NCBI RefSeq assembly: GCF_018977255.1
Contig: NW_024704743.1
Location: forward strand, 3,598,001-3,662,000
Direction: 5' to 3'
From: Callorhinchus milii
Lineage: Eukaryota
Length of the DNA stretch: 64,000 bases
Shown here: one piece after another, positions 35,776-49,204 of the stretch
How positions within the stretch are numbered: the stretch's first letter is position 1
How the letters are laid out: each line of letters starts with the position of its first letter
The notes under the pieces: model-generated
The model's input: only the letters and a program-made list of their open reading frames with translations
Database searches by the model: none
What the model was told of the DNA's origin: nothing
Program-made: the position numbers and the translations under genes

Positions 35776-37419
35776 GGCAAGAACATTCACTGAACTCAAA
35801 TAAAAGTGACTGAATGAATGTGCGAGTTCCAGGAAGGCTCGAGTAGGTGAGCACACACTTAGAAAGCACGATTTCACACGACAAGCTGTTCATCACTGCA
35901 GCACAGCTGGATGCTTTCTTTGTAATGCTTCAGTCTAGTTATAGAAAGTGGTCAGTGACCCGTTTGCCTATTATTATCTTTCATACCACGGCTGTGTCAT
36001 TGTATAATGGCATGATAAAGAATGTGCACAAAGCCAAGCTGACTCCCTCTTATCCCAGATCTCATTAGACGCTTCATTATTCCCTGTTTCAGTATTCCCT
36101 CTAAGATTGTACCCACCACAGATGTACGACTTGCAAGCTTGCGGCTCCCAGGGGGTTATCCTTATGTTTATTTATTTGCTCTGCATTTAATGATGACTTC
36201 GATCTTAATATTGTTTCATTTCTTTGTTTGGACCTGCTACTTACCGCTGCCGCACTCATTTCCCTGGCCAAGGGAATGGAAAGGTTTGATCAGCGACAGG
36301 AGGTGTGCTTTTGTGGCTAGAATTGTCCTTTGACAATGAATTTCTAAGCCAAGTTTCAGGTGGGTGTTGTCCATCTCCCTGGTATAATTTTTATAAAAAC
36401 AGAACAAGGAGTTCGCTAATGTCCTGGCGAATTTCATCTCTCGTGTAACAAACAGATTAAGTGGTTGTGTGCATCTCATTGCTGTCAGTGAGATGTTCCT
36501 GGTGTAGATTAGCTGGTACATCTGCCTACATTACAGTCGTAATGTAACACTTCAAATCTAACTTATACACAGTGATTGAGATATTGCGAAGTTATAAGGT
36601 GTTACAACAAACACATAAATAAATTCGCCCATAAATATTCAGCCAATTCATTTTACAGCATATTCTGTGAAGACGTGAAAGGCGCTATATCAAATGCAAG
36701 GATTATTAGAACAAATCTTATTGCCTCTTTTGCTTTAATCTTCATATTGTACCTGATTCCAGACATCAAAGCTTTAACCCTTGCATAAATGTAACATTAA
36801 TGTGAAAAAGTGCTAACTGCACTCAGCACTCAGGAATTTAAACTGTATAATTTCTTCTTCATTATAATCATATTCAATATTCTAAATATAACTGCAGCCA
36901 TATGAAAATCAATAGTATCTAATGGCAACCTCAATAACTCAGTCATTCTGGGAAAAAGAGATTAATTATAATAATCATGATCACGGGTTATTCAGTGAGT
37001 TAATGCAGTGCTTTTGTGGGTGGAAAGCTCATTAAAATCTTAACCATCGTGTTTCATTTTTTCCAGCACATTCACAGAGACCTCACTACCAAACAGCTTG
37101 TTAATAATGCTTCCCTTTCCTTTAAAACAGATTTGGGACTCTATTGTAGCTATTACAGTACAGTAGTTTGCATTCGCCAATTAATCATTTCACTTTTTGT
37201 ACAAATAGATACAAATCTTAATTCCCATTAAGACCTGCTTTACTGTATCCCAAGACAAGGGTAAGAAATAATTTGCCAAGAGATTGATGATTGTGTTAAT
37301 TCAAATATTGTAATCCAGGCTTGATTTTCTCAAAATAATTCATTAGTTTATAGTTTGTTTTTTCACATGAAACGTTAATTTTCCATGTAGATTCTATGCA
37401 CACTCCTTTTCCCCAGGTA

Positions 37420-37672
37420 AATTGGTCATTCACAGTTTGGGGACATTTGGGGCATATTTGGGGCTGTTTTGGGACATTGCTGTGCTCAAATTGACTGCAG
37501 TGTTTGCCTACAAATACAATCACTTCACTTTGCAGCGATTATCTGTGAAGCACTTTTGGATGTTTTAATGCTACAGATAATAATAATCCTTTCATTTGAT
37601 ATAGCGCCTTATCACGTCTTTGAGATGTCTCAAAGCGCTTCGCAGAATGTACTATAAAGTGAATTGACTGTG
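37420..37672. mobile_element. Two SINE 3' parts, tail to tail
   Basis: (+) 37420-37570 and (-) 37577-37672. Confidence 0.8.
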
Positions 37673-38394
37673 AATATGAATTTACATGGCATCTATTTTG
37701 TAGATGCTACGAAAAGTCAAAGATTATTATTATTATAGAGGTTCCATCTAAACATCTCATTTGTTCAGTGCAAATCTTCAGAGTGTGAAACATCTCAATT
37801 CATTCGTACGCACTGTAAAAAATGCCGTCGTCTGCTGATGCTAACTTTATTTGTGTTCATGAGGTTAAGGGATGAGGCGTTCCGGGAAAAGAAGCACTTT
37901 GCCTCTTAACATCCACTTCTCGAAAATTACGTAGATCCTTTCTCTCGATATAGTCTTTTTCTTGAAAGCCTTTCGCTTGTGAGACCCTGTCAGTCCTCAT
38001 TGAGAGCTAATAGCAGCTCTCAGCTGGAGTAAAGCTGACGTCTGCGCAGTTGGAAACTGCCTTGTTGCCCTCTTAATTGGATATGCTCAACATTCAATGG
38101 TCGAAATTATGCTTTAAATGATAGATTTTTTTATCAAATATCAATGTGACCGGGAACTTCTGTTGATGCTGGTTAAATATCTCAGAACATTGTTATTTTA
38201 AGCTGTCATGGGATTGTCAACAAAATTACTAATTTGCGGAAAATCAGCCTTTTTGTCCGCGCCTGTGACCGTGTAATGATGTTGCATATTGTACCAGTTC
38301 CTCGGCAACAAACAAACGAAAGGTACAGTGATCTGTTAGGACAACAGAGGCCTGAATATTCTCTTGTTCTCAGACTGTTCGTACGGTCTCACGC

Positions 38395-39610
38395 ATCCTA
38401 CCTCCGACATTCTATCGGTCTGTGACCAGGGCTCTCTCTTCCTCCTCATCCTTCTCAATCTCTCTGACACCTTCGACGCTGTTGACCGCTCTATCCTTCT
38501 CCATTACCTTTTGTCTCAGCTCGGTCTTCAAGGTTCTGTCCTTTCCTGGTTTCATTCTTCCCTATCCCAACATCTCTACTTCGAATCTACTAATGGCTCA
38601 TTCTCCAGTCACTGCACCGTCAGGGGAAGTGTTCCTCAGGGCTCCATTCTTGGGCCTCTCCTCTTAAATATCTACATGCTCCCATTCGGCAATATCATCC
38701 ACATGTATGCGGCTGACACCCAATTCTATCTCTTTCATCCTTGATTCCAGAACCACTGCTATTCCAACCAATTGCCTGCTGGACATCAAGCTTGGATTAC
38801 CAACAACAACAACAACAAGAATCCATTTATAGAGCGCCTTTCACGTCGGTCCCAGGTACAGGTAGAGTTAAATGTCTCCATCACACCAGTCCTTGCCAGA
38901 TTCCACTGGCTCCCAATAACCGAATGGATCGATTTCAAGATCCTCTCACTCGTTTTCAAATCCCTTCATGCCCTCCCTACCTATCCAATTTGCTTGCTTA
39001 CCACCCCCACCCACTCCAGCACCCACTGCCTCCGCTTGGCTGGCTCTGGCCTCCTGCTTGTCCTTCGTCCCCTTTGCTCCACACCATCGGTGGCCGTGCT
39101 TTCAGCCAATACGCCCCGAAACTCTGGAACTCCCTCCCTCCACCACTATCAGATCATTCTCCTATAGTAGGCTCAGAGAGCCTATCACCCACATCATCCC
39201 CAGCTCTACTGGCTCCCTATTCCCCCAGAGGATCAAGTTCAAAATGTATGTATTCACGGTCTTGCCCCCCCCACCTCTGTGACCTTCTTAAACCCTACCA
39301 ACCTGCCCGCTCCCCTCTGCTTGGCAGGCACTGACCTGCTTCATGTCCCTGACCTGCCCAACCCACCATCGATGGCCAGGTTTCAGCCTTTATGCCCCCA
39401 CTCTCCGGAATCCTATCCAAGAGTCCCAAATCGCTCCAATTCGCTCCCTCCCCTCATTCAAGGCACATCTCACAACATATGCTTTTACCCCATTTTCAGT
39501 CACCTTTTCCCTACCCACCCCGTTTGCTTCCCACCCCTCAGTTTGGAGGCTCATTCAGCACTGTGCAGTAATTTGAGACATCCTCCAGATGCGATATAAA
39601 TGTAAATTAT
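38395..39610 (+). mobile_element. Decayed L2: RT domain plus two 3' segments, with a young L2 tail (-) at 38801-38850
   Basis: LLNLSDTFDAVDRSILL; VPQGSILGPLLLNIYMLPFG; HMYAADTQFY; ITPVLARFHWLP. Confidence 0.92.
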
Positions 39611-40515
39611 ATTGTATACCATTGCCTTAAAATGTAATGAACTGCGGAATTCTGGACTACCATTTTAAATTCAGTCTTTTTTATTCCTCATAAAAAAATT
39701 GAAAGCAAACAAAGCATTTATCTGACTCTACCTACATTTTCTAATATATTTTGAATGATTCATAAATAAATGTTGGATTCACAACTATTGAATATATCTT
39801 CCAACTTCTCAAACACTGTCATGACTTTTCCCCCCTCTCATAACGAAACGTTACGAATTATTCTCTTTCCAAAAACTAATCATAATATTCATTAAGGCTG
39901 TTTATGAGAATGTCATTGTTATTCATTGTTATTCATATTGAATGATCAAACCATTTAATTACATGAGAGAATTTTATTATAACCAAAAGAAGAAAGATCA
40001 GTATTGAGAAGAATGTCATGGCACAAATAATCATTGTTAATGACTGGAATCATGAATTCCTTACAAGATGATTCAAGCACTCCAGGACCTTTCCTTTCAT
40101 GTAATGCCTTCAGCCTACAATTTTTCTTTGGTAAGTGACAGTTTCGAACACTTACAACGCATCTGGCCTAAGGGTCCTATTAAAGTTCGGAAGAGTTAAG
40201 GCTTAAGTGGATTACAAAGATACACATGTCATTCAAAAAAATGTGACGAGGAGTTAAGATTCCCATCCGAAGACGTCGAGTTCAGAAGGTGAGTTGTAAG
40301 TCAGTATGTAAGTCACTGTAAGGTTCAAAGCAACCTGCCTCATCACATCAAAACAACAGCAAAGAGGCGGAGACCAGTGCAAGACTTGTCAAAGTATTGG
40401 AACGAGAAAATTATAATCATTGAGAGAAAAGGGAACAAAAAGAACCACTGTAAAGCCACTCAGAAAAAAGCTGGAAAAGTACATTAATTTTTGAGTTGGG
40501 TCCTATTCTCTGTCT

Positions 40516-40578
40516 CTCTCACTCTGTATCCCTCTCACTCTGTATCCCTCTCACTCTGTTTCTCTCTCACTCTCTGTC
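40516..40578. repeat. 16-bp minisatellite (ctctcactctgtatcc), about 4 units
   Basis: Direct inspection. Confidence 0.85.
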
Positions 40579-40651
40579 TTTGGTCAACATGGAGCAGACA
40601 GGCGATATTGTGGAAATGGAAGAAAATGGAATTTGTCAGAGCTGGGATGTG

Positions 40652-40885
40652 AATAATAATAATAAAATAATATAATCCTTGCAGTCGATATAGCGTCTTT
40701 CATATCAGGAGGACGTCTTGAAGTGTGTTACAGGATTTTACATCTGGGGATTGTTGTCCAGGACACCCGGAGAAACTCCCTTCTCTTTTTAAATAGTATC
40801 AAGTGATCTTTCGTGCCCTCTTGAACAGGCAGATGGGACCTCGGTTCAACATCTCATCAGAAGGATAGGACTTCCAGCGATGCAG
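40652..40885 (-). mobile_element. Older DeuSINE, 3' part
   Basis: ccaggacacccggagaaactccc...tgaacaggcagatgggacctcggttcaacatctcatc. Confidence 0.8.
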
Positions 40886-41654
40886 GAGGAGGGAACAAGT
40901 CGTTGATGGGAGTTAAGCAGTTAGGTGTCAGTTTTGTCGCCATTGGGTTGGAGGAAGCTCCAGCTCATCGAGTTAAACTAAGTCAGATACCTCAGCAAGG
41001 CTACACTAATCTTAGAATTGCGCATCCTCTACGAAAACCGCCGCAAACGTCAGAACGTTGCGGTATTTTACAGGAAAATCATTCCTGATGTACCGTCGCA
41101 TAATGATTTCTGAGATTTATATTTTGCCATTTGTTTTCCAAAATATTAAAATGCAATAAAATATAGATTTACAGATGCAAAGCACATACATATTCATTAA
41201 TCACAGATATCTTATACACTATTCATATTGTTTTGGATTACCACTGCTCTGGCAAAATATCACTTATTTAGATTACTCAGATATTAATAATTGTCTTATG
41301 GGTCAGTAATGAACTCAGTGATTATTCTGTACTCCATATTAACGCGTGAATGATGATTGTTAGAAAGAATTTCTGAGAAAAACTCTAGGGCTCTCCAGAT
41401 TTATTGTATGAATACTCAACAATCCCCTTAACCTTTAGAAAATGCCTTTAACCTTTAAGAAAATTCAAATTATTCAACCAAAACACTGAAACATTTGCTT
41501 TGTTTGAAGTTCTTAATGTAACATATCAAAATCCATTCGGTAGTCAGAAACCGGATGCCATTGCAAAAATAATAATTCTATAATATTATAGAATTCACTC
41601 CCAAATAAATTCCCAAGTAAACTGGGGAAGACTGGGAGAGTCTTACAGCACCGA

Positions 41655-41895
41655 AAGTGGCTGTGGGAAGCACGGAGACCCGTTTGGAGGGGTTCGTGTA
41701 GGGAGTGGCGGGAGAGGAAGGAATGAAGCTGGGGAGCAACGACTTGTTCGAGGACTTTGGAAAGCAACGGGAGGTTGGAGATGGGGCAGTAACTTGAGAG
41801 CAGGGACGGACTCGGGGAAGGTTTTTTGAGGATAGCTGTGATGACGGCTGCTTTTAAGGGGGTGGGAACGGTGCCCAGTGGACAGGGAGAGGTTT
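41655..41895 (-). mobile_element. L2 RT N-terminal fragment
   Basis: ISNLPLLSKVLEQVVAPQLHSFLSRHSLHEPLQTGLRASHS. Confidence 0.85.
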
Positions 41896-43587
41896 ACATC
41901 AAATGCAAGGATTATTATTTATTATTATTATTAGGTTATCCCTGGATCTGAAATAGCTAAACTAAGGAGTGAGCCTCCAATGATTCGTAGATTTACAGAC
42001 CTTAGCCTGCGAGCAATTGTAATATCTAGCCGGTCTGTACATATACGGATCAGCAGAGAAGCAGAGAATACAATGTGCTCAACCACCAAGATCGGTAAAT
42101 TTGCCAACTTGCAGAAAATCACCCACCCTTCACACCCCCACCCCCACCCCCCCCCCCACCACACCCCATAATGTTTTCCAGTCCGAAATAATCTCAAAAT
42201 AATACAATAATTTTAACTCCCTGTTAATTTCATCCATCTACTGCTTCCCAAGCCCAATAAAAATAAGGTTAACAGTCCTTGAGTTTGTTATAGAGCCTTT
42301 ATCACCATCGTCAAATTTCTAAAAAAAAAAGAGGAATTTCTCACCGGATTTACTGCGAAGTGCCGTGACGATGTACTTTGTGGGCGTATGATCCGCAACA
42401 TTTAAAAAAAAAGTTTTGGATAAGGTTCAGGATTTGGGTTCAGTCGAATTCTTGCAAAAATGCAAACCTGATGAGTCAAGGACTATTGCAATTCAGATCA
42501 GGATGATATTTGAAACTCGGCTTCCGCTTAAGAAGGACAATTAGCAGTCGGGCACTGATACAGCGGCTTGTGGCTGGATTTTGATACAATGGAGGTAAAT
42601 GGAAATGACATTTTGCAGTTCTATACCTGGATCAGACACATGGTGTTTATCCAGATCTCACTGTGCACATTGAAGCACAAGATGAAATTGAGTTTGCTTC
42701 TGTTGATTTCCTTATCCTACTCCTTTCTTCGCAGTCATTTGCCTGTCATTTATCACCCACAGATTGCAGTCTTCTTTTTGAACCTACTGTAGTTAATGAG
42801 ATGCTGATTGGCAATTCTGAAATTCACTTGCAGATGATTATGTGTTATTTTAACAAGAGAATGACAATAATTTCCTGTAATGCCACTTGTTAAAGTAACT
42901 ATGCTATAATTGCCTTATCAAGGTGTCAGAGAGGAGAGGAGTGGAGGAAGGAATCTCGGAGAATTTCACCACAGTTATCGCAGTAAAGCTAAGTGATATC
43001 TTGCCAATGCATCAGTCATCAAGACCAATTTTGAATAATTAATCTGATATGCTATTGTATTCTCTTTTCCTTACTTTATTCTTCATTTCACAATGCCTTT
43101 TCAACACTCAAATCAATATGTTCTCTCCCCCCCCCCGCCCCCACCCCACCATGCAGTATGTGTGCGATAATTAACATTGGAATAATTAGCACATCTCACA
43201 TTGCATTTTCCCCCCATACTTAAATGGGTAACAGCTGAGCTCCACCTAAAATGTATCTGTATGATATACTGTGTCTTTTAAACAGGATTCACACAATAAA
43301 TGCTTTTGCTAATCATCAGCTTTGCAAACAGAGAGGCAATCCATCATTTGGATTGAGCCTTGAAAAAAGTTAAGAAATATTGTTAATTGACAATACCTTT
43401 ACCTGAGGGAGTCCTAATGTACACAATGTATTAAATGCCCAACGAATGTAATTCTGTAAACTAAGTGCAAAACCATACTTGCGTCACATAAACGGATTAG
43501 ATATTTTAGTCAATTAACCTGAGAAATAGAATCATAGGATCACTGTAAAAAATTACAACTCAGAAGGAGGACATTCAGTCCATTAGT

Positions 43588-43962
43588 GAAGTCCTGCAGC
43601 TCAGTGGTTAGAGCACTCGCCTCACATGGAGTGGACCAGGGTTCAAATCCCGAGCAGGGCAAAATGTTGGGCAAGTTTACTTACTCCGCACCCCTCTGTT
43701 TACCTAGCGGTAAAGTAGGAACCCAGTTGTTAGTCGATTGGCAGATTGCTTCTCTGGGGGTAATAATCCCTCCAAAAANTATATATATAGAATAATAATT
43801 GGGTCATTCAATCCACGACTGCTTGTGGGACGCTGCTGTGTGCAATTGGCTGCACGTTTCGCCCACAAAATATACAGTCAATTCACTTTACAGTATATTC
43901 TGTGAAGCGCTTTGAGACGTCTCAAAGACATGACAAGGCCCTATATCAAATGCAAGGATTAT
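43588..43962 (+). mobile_element. Young SINE, long subfamily, full length, inserted in a CR1 3' end (-; 43530-43587 and 43970-44040)
   Basis: All SINE modules present; the two flanks join into a CR1 terminus. Confidence 0.92.
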
Positions 43963-44039
43963 GTTTTTGGTATTCTTCACCTCTGCATTGGATCTCAGAG
44001 CAGACCATAATTTAAATCCCACTGTCCTGTCCTAGCCCC

Positions 44040-44074
<35 letters not shown>

Positions 44075-44164
44075 CTTTACATTTGATATAATGTCTTTCA
44101 CAACAGGAAGACACGTCACAAGTTATACTGCAAATTGTAATGATTGTACAGTGTAGTCGAACCT

Positions 44165-44430
44165 GACAGTAAGTGTTAGCAGAGCCAGTTGACCATGTGG
44201 GGGAACATCAAAACCAATCCTGAATTTCCCAGACGTCAACAAATGCATCTTCCAGGAGGAACCTTGGGATAGCAGTGAGGAACCGGAATCCTAGCCGATA
44301 TCCCCTCCACAACCAGTGGGTGCTGAATCCAACGGCAACTCTTACCCCCACCCAACCCATAGGCCATCTCGGTTGAGTTGAGTCACCGCCAACTGGGATT
44401 GAAACCGTAACCTTCTAATGTGTACGGTGT
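44165..44430 (-). mobile_element. AmnSINE2-like ancient SINE
   Basis: Reverse complement: agaaggttacggtttcaatccc...gaggggatatcggctaggattccggttcctcactgctatcc...ctggaagatgc...caggattgg...gatgttcccccac (recalled consensus). Confidence 0.5.
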
Positions 44431-44791
44431 TGTGGCCCCAATGCATGGTACCCTAGATCCATCCGTCTCCTCCCCTCCTTCTCTGCTTTCAAAACCGTTC
44501 TGAAAATCTACCTCTCTAAACTGAGCCCTCAGTCATCTCCCTCCTGTTCCCGCAGCCCCGACCTCCCACCTTACTCGGTCTCCCACTCTATCTCAGTGAA
44601 GATCTTTAAGATATTTTCCTATATGAAAGGCGTTAGATAAGAAGGCACACGTCGTCGGTGGTGTTTAACCATAAGACTGTCAGAAGAGCTGAAAATGCTA
44701 TCTAATCCTGCATTCACTCGGGTTTCTCTACGGTGGCTGAGAAACAATACAGGAACAGCCAGTTCTACTGAAGTAACCTCACGTTCTGGAC

Positions 44792-45150
44792 TAATAATAT
44801 AATAATTAATAATCCCTGGAACTTGATAGCCTCATCATGTTGCCACGACGTCTCAAAGCGCTTCACAGGACGTAAAGTAGAGTGACTGTGTATTTTTGTG
44901 GGCAAATGCAGCCGCCAGTATGCACACAGCAAAATCCCAAGAACAGCCATGTAGTGAGTGACCAATTTGATTTGGAGGATTGTTGGTCAGGACACCGGGA
45001 GAAACTTCTTTCTTTTATCGAATGGTGCCATAGGATCCTTAACGTCCACCTGAACAGGCAGACGCTACCCCAGTTTAAGCGTCTTAGCTGAGTAACGGCA
45101 GCTCCAACATTTCACGTACTTTCAGCTCTGCATTGGAGCGTCAGCCTGGA
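44792..45150 (-). mobile_element. Older DeuSINE copy
   Basis: ggacaccgggagaaac...tggtgccataggatccttaacgtccacctgaacaggcagac. Confidence 0.85.
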
Positions 45151-45689
45151 TCGAAGATTTTTATTACACAGTCATTGAAAGCTTCAAAGTAACATTGGGC
45201 ATGACGTTTCAGGGGCTATTATTTAACAATGGGCAAATACAGTGCAAATGTCTCCTCTGTAACTAAAAGGCAAATTATGATTTTTGTCAAATGATTGTAT
45301 CCAGGCCAATATTCAGTCATCGTTGAGCTGTTGAGATAAATCGACATTTAAACAATATGTCCTCCACAATTGCCTTCACTCAAATCATTGTTATTGACAA
45401 CGTGATGATTGATCAACTTTTGAAGATGTGAAGCAAAAGATTGAGGATTGACACTCAGCTCACAATGAAACCACTTCCATTAGAGCTTTCATTAAACCAT
45501 TCATTGCTCATAGCCATCTTCCGAGAAAGTGGTTCATGCCAAACACCCTCCCAGAAACTTATTGTAAGCCCGATGGCATTGTTGCACTTTGGAAGCATTT
45601 TCTGTCGCCTGCTCTTGCCGAGGTTTATGTCACAGTAAAGGTTCCCAATAATCCTGCTTCAGGTCAAAAGCATATGAAAAGAAATCGAT

Positions 45690-45990
45690 TGATTCAGAAC
45701 ATTTCAGCCTCTCTCAATGTGCTCCAACCCAGCTGTCCATCAAAGTTCAAAAATATACTGCAAACATCCCTGTAAAATCTTTTGCATGTTCTTTCCTTCA
45801 TCTATTCTCTCCTGGTTAAAGAAATACTTCCTGGTTTCTGTCCTGAAATTGCCTTTTGCAACACTAAACTTGTGTCCTCTTTTCTGCTGTCTCAGTGCAT
45901 CCGAAAGCTTTGGGTCCTCTCCGTGATGTCTCTTTTCAAGACTGAAGACTACCAGCTTCTCTAATCGTTGCTCATAGATCATTCCTCTAA
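45690..45990 (-). mobile_element. CR1 ORF2 C-terminal fragment
   Basis: YEQRLEKLVVFSLEKR; RGHKFSVAKGNFRTETRKYFFNQ. Confidence 0.85.
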
Positions 45991-46275
45991 CACTGCTGCT
46001 GCTGTAGTGTAGTGTAGTATATCTAACTAGCTAAAGCAAGTCGGTAGAAAGAGGAAGATAGTGTAAAACTGTCAGCTTTAGAATTGAAGCTAATTAACTA
46101 ATGGCCTTACCAATGGGCTGGCCTTTACTACAAACTACTCTTGTGTACAGTGAGGTCTGTGACGTAGATTCAATCTGAATCCAGTGGTGGCTTGTCAGGT
46201 GAGGCGAGTGAGTCGCCACCTAACTTAGGTCTCGCAGCGAGCGAGCATGGCGAGACTGGGAGCTGAGACCAGCAG

Positions 46276-46276
<1 letters not shown>

Positions 46277-46309
<33 letters not shown>

Positions 46310-46615
46310 CCTTGCATCTGATATGGCGCTTTCCACATCTTCTCGATGTCTCAAAGCGCTTCACAGAATATGCTGTAAAGTGACTTGGCTGTATATTTGT
46401 GGGTGAAACGCGGCAGCCAATTACGCACAGCCATGTCCCCACGAACAGTCGTGGATTGAAAATGACCAATTTATTATTTATTTTTTTTGGAGGGATTATT
46501 ATTAGGCTCTGTGTGGAGTAAGGAAACTTGCCCAAGGTTTCGCCCTCGGCCTGGAATTGAACCCAGATCTCTCGCTTGCAAAGCGAGTGCTCTAACCACT
46601 GAGCTACAGGACACC
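46277..46615 (-). mobile_element. Young SINE, short subfamily, full length
   Basis: Complete copy with a long (tta)n tail. Confidence 0.95.
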
Positions 46616-47992
46616 AAAATCCAAGAGTGCAGGAGAGAGCGTAACCTGATGTGGGACCAGCCCAACCGTTCATCGAGCGAGGCTGGGGGAGAGTGGGCAA
46701 GTGTGACCAGCGACGAAAGGATGCACTTGCGAAGGGCCCGTTGCTATGAGAACAAGGCTAACAAGCTCATAGATTGCCTCAACCGTCAAAAAGAGGTCAC
46801 CAAACAACAACAACAATAAGAAAATGACATTTATATAGCGCCTTTCACGTCGGGAGGACGTCCCACTGACACCACTGACTGAACCCTAATCTAATCTAAA
46901 AACATGAACAGGAAAATTTACCTTTTATGCAAAGGTTTAAGGAATAAAAATATTGCTAAGGTTTTTTGTTTATCTTTTTGAAAAATTAAATGAACAGATG
47001 GTCCGAGATCCCATTTTAGGAATGATGATAATAACCCTAGCATTCGATACAGCGCCTTATCACGTCGCTGAGTGACGTTTCAAAGTGCTTCGCCGAACAT
47101 ATTGCAAAGTGGAGTAACCGTCTGCTCTGTGGGCGAAACGATATATTGATCGTGAACACGAAAGGGTTACTGTTTTTCTCGCACCGTATTACTGTATTCA
47201 GGGTGAACCTAATGGAATAGGAGTGGAGGTCGCCAGGGGAGGTATTCTGGTCTGCTAAAGTTATAATCTTTTAGACAATTGTGCTCATGATGACAGACAG
47301 TTGCTACCGTAATTAATGAGAAAAAAACAAACAAACAAAAGGACCTGATTGCTGTGTTATTATTCATTCAGGAGAATCGCACAGGCCATGTGGATTGTTT
47401 TTTTTGACTATCAGCCACCTGCGGTTGGGGGAAGAGATATCAGTCTAAACCTTTATGTAATCACAACGTGGGACCATTTGGAGTCTTCGGTCTGTGATTG
47501 TTGGGTCTTATTTCCTTTGTAAGAAATGATTACGCACCGCTGGCAAAACTCTTCCAAGAGGAATACCAGATGCTCCAATCTTTCAAATAATTAATTGCCG
47601 CTTCATCTGGGGGTTCAGTTGGAAGCTGTGTTGGCTGAGTTCGTCAAAGAAACTCGAAAAGACGCTGACAGGTTGGCGAGAAACAGCCGTTATGTTCCCG
47701 TGCGCCTGACTCTTTGCTGTGGATCGTATCCCTTTGTGGAATCGACACGTCGTGTGATAATTTGGAGTCCGTTCATTCTGAAAAACCGTCCCCGAAGTGA
47801 TAATAAACTGAAGAAAATTGTCAGAAGATGCCGGGATGAATAGGACCACCATTCTCTGCACTCCTACCATTGTTCCCCCAGTGCCATTGGTGGTAGACTG
47901 ATACTCTTTACCTGAAGTTATGGTAACAGGTACCTGCGTTTTTATAACTGCAGATTAATAATAATATAGTAATACTATGATAATCCTTGGAT

Positions 47993-48152
47993 TTTGGCCT
48001 TCGAGAGGGAACTCGACAGATACCTTAAAAAGACTCAGCTCCAGGAGTGTGGGGAAAGTGGGACTGAAAGGATTGCTCTTGAGGGAACCAACACAGTCAC
48101 AATGGGCCAAATGACCTCGCTTCCGTGCCTTAAATTTCTATGGTACTATGGT
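47993..48152 (+). mobile_element. CR1 3' end
   Basis: AFERELDRYL; cacagtcacaatgggccaaatgacctc...ttctatggtactatggttcta. Confidence 0.75.
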
Positions 48153-48164
48153 TCTACCCTGACA

Positions 48165-48430
48165 GTCGCTGACCAATTTTATTGTTGGCCGTGACACCAT
48201 GAGAAACTCCTTTCTTTTTTCAAACAGAGCCGTGGGAACTTTGGCGTCCACCTGACGAGGGAGGTGCAACCTTGGTTTGGAGTCTTATCTGAAGGACTCT
48301 GCCTCCGACAATACAACACACCCGGGGCTCTGCACCAGAGTGTCAGCGTAGACTATATGGGTTCCAACTCAAGACGTGAGAACTTGAAACACAATTTCTG
48401 ACTCAGAAGTGGTTATCAACAAAGCCAGGC
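48165..48430 (-). mobile_element. Older DeuSINE copy
   Basis: gtccacctgacgag...tctgaaggactctgcctccgacaatac...ttctgactcagaag. Confidence 0.75.
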
Positions 48431-48435
48431 TAACT

Positions 48436-48800
48436 TAATAATAATAATAATAATAATAAAAATAATAATCTTTGCATTTGATAATATCATGTCATTGAAA
48501 AGTCTCCAAGTATTTCATGGAATATATTGTAAAGTGATTGACTGTGTATTTTGTGGGCGAAACAATTGCTCACAGCAGTGCTTCGCAAATAGATGTGGAT
48601 TGAGTGACCACATTTTTGGGAGGGAGGGATTATTAGCCCCGGAAAACAATCCGTCAATCAGCTAACAACTGGGTTTCTACTTAGTGCTAGGTAAACAGAG
48701 GCGTGTGGAGTAAGGAAAGTTACCTAAGGGTTTGCCCCACCCGGGAATCGAACCCAGGTCCTCTCGTTTGCGAGTTGAGCACACAAACTACTATAGTACA
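48436..48800 (-). mobile_element. Young SINE, long subfamily
   Basis: All modules present on the minus strand, diverged. Confidence 0.9.
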
Positions 48801-48860
48801 CGACTTAACCAATTTACCTCTGTTGTTTTTATTTGCTGTATTTTCTTGTGGTCTCTTTTT

Positions 48861-49188
48861 GGAGTCCTGTAGCTCAGTGTTAAGAGCACTCGCTTTGCAA
48901 GCGAGAGACCTGAGTTCAATTCCAGGCAGAGGGCGAAACCTTGGGCAAGTTTCCTTACTCCACACAGAGCCTAATGATAATCCCTCAAAAACCCAAAACA
49001 ATAATAAATTGGTCATTTTCAATCCACGACTGTTTGTGGGACATTGCTGTGCGCAATTGGCTGCCGCGTTCGCCCACAGATATACAGTCAATTCACTTTA
49101 CAGTGTGTTCTGTGAAGCGCTTTGGGACGTCCTCCCGACGTGAAAAGCGCTATATCAAATGCAAGGATTATTATTATTATTATTATTA
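48861..49188 (+). mobile_element. Young SINE, short subfamily, full length, L2-identical tail loop
   Basis: gggacgtcctcccgacgtgaaaagcgctatatcaaatgcaagg(att)n. Confidence 0.96.
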
Positions 49189-49204
49189 CCTCGTTCAACA
49201 CTTG

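Noticed and set aside
46170..46700. 176-aa ORF and the recurring peptides ARIIIII, CKDYYYY, WSKETC
   Set aside because: Translations of SINE body and (tta)n tails, not a gene family
47595..47843. 82-aa ORF with a plausible helical start
   Set aside because: No recognisable domain, non-ATG start and no convincing splice sites; cannot be supported
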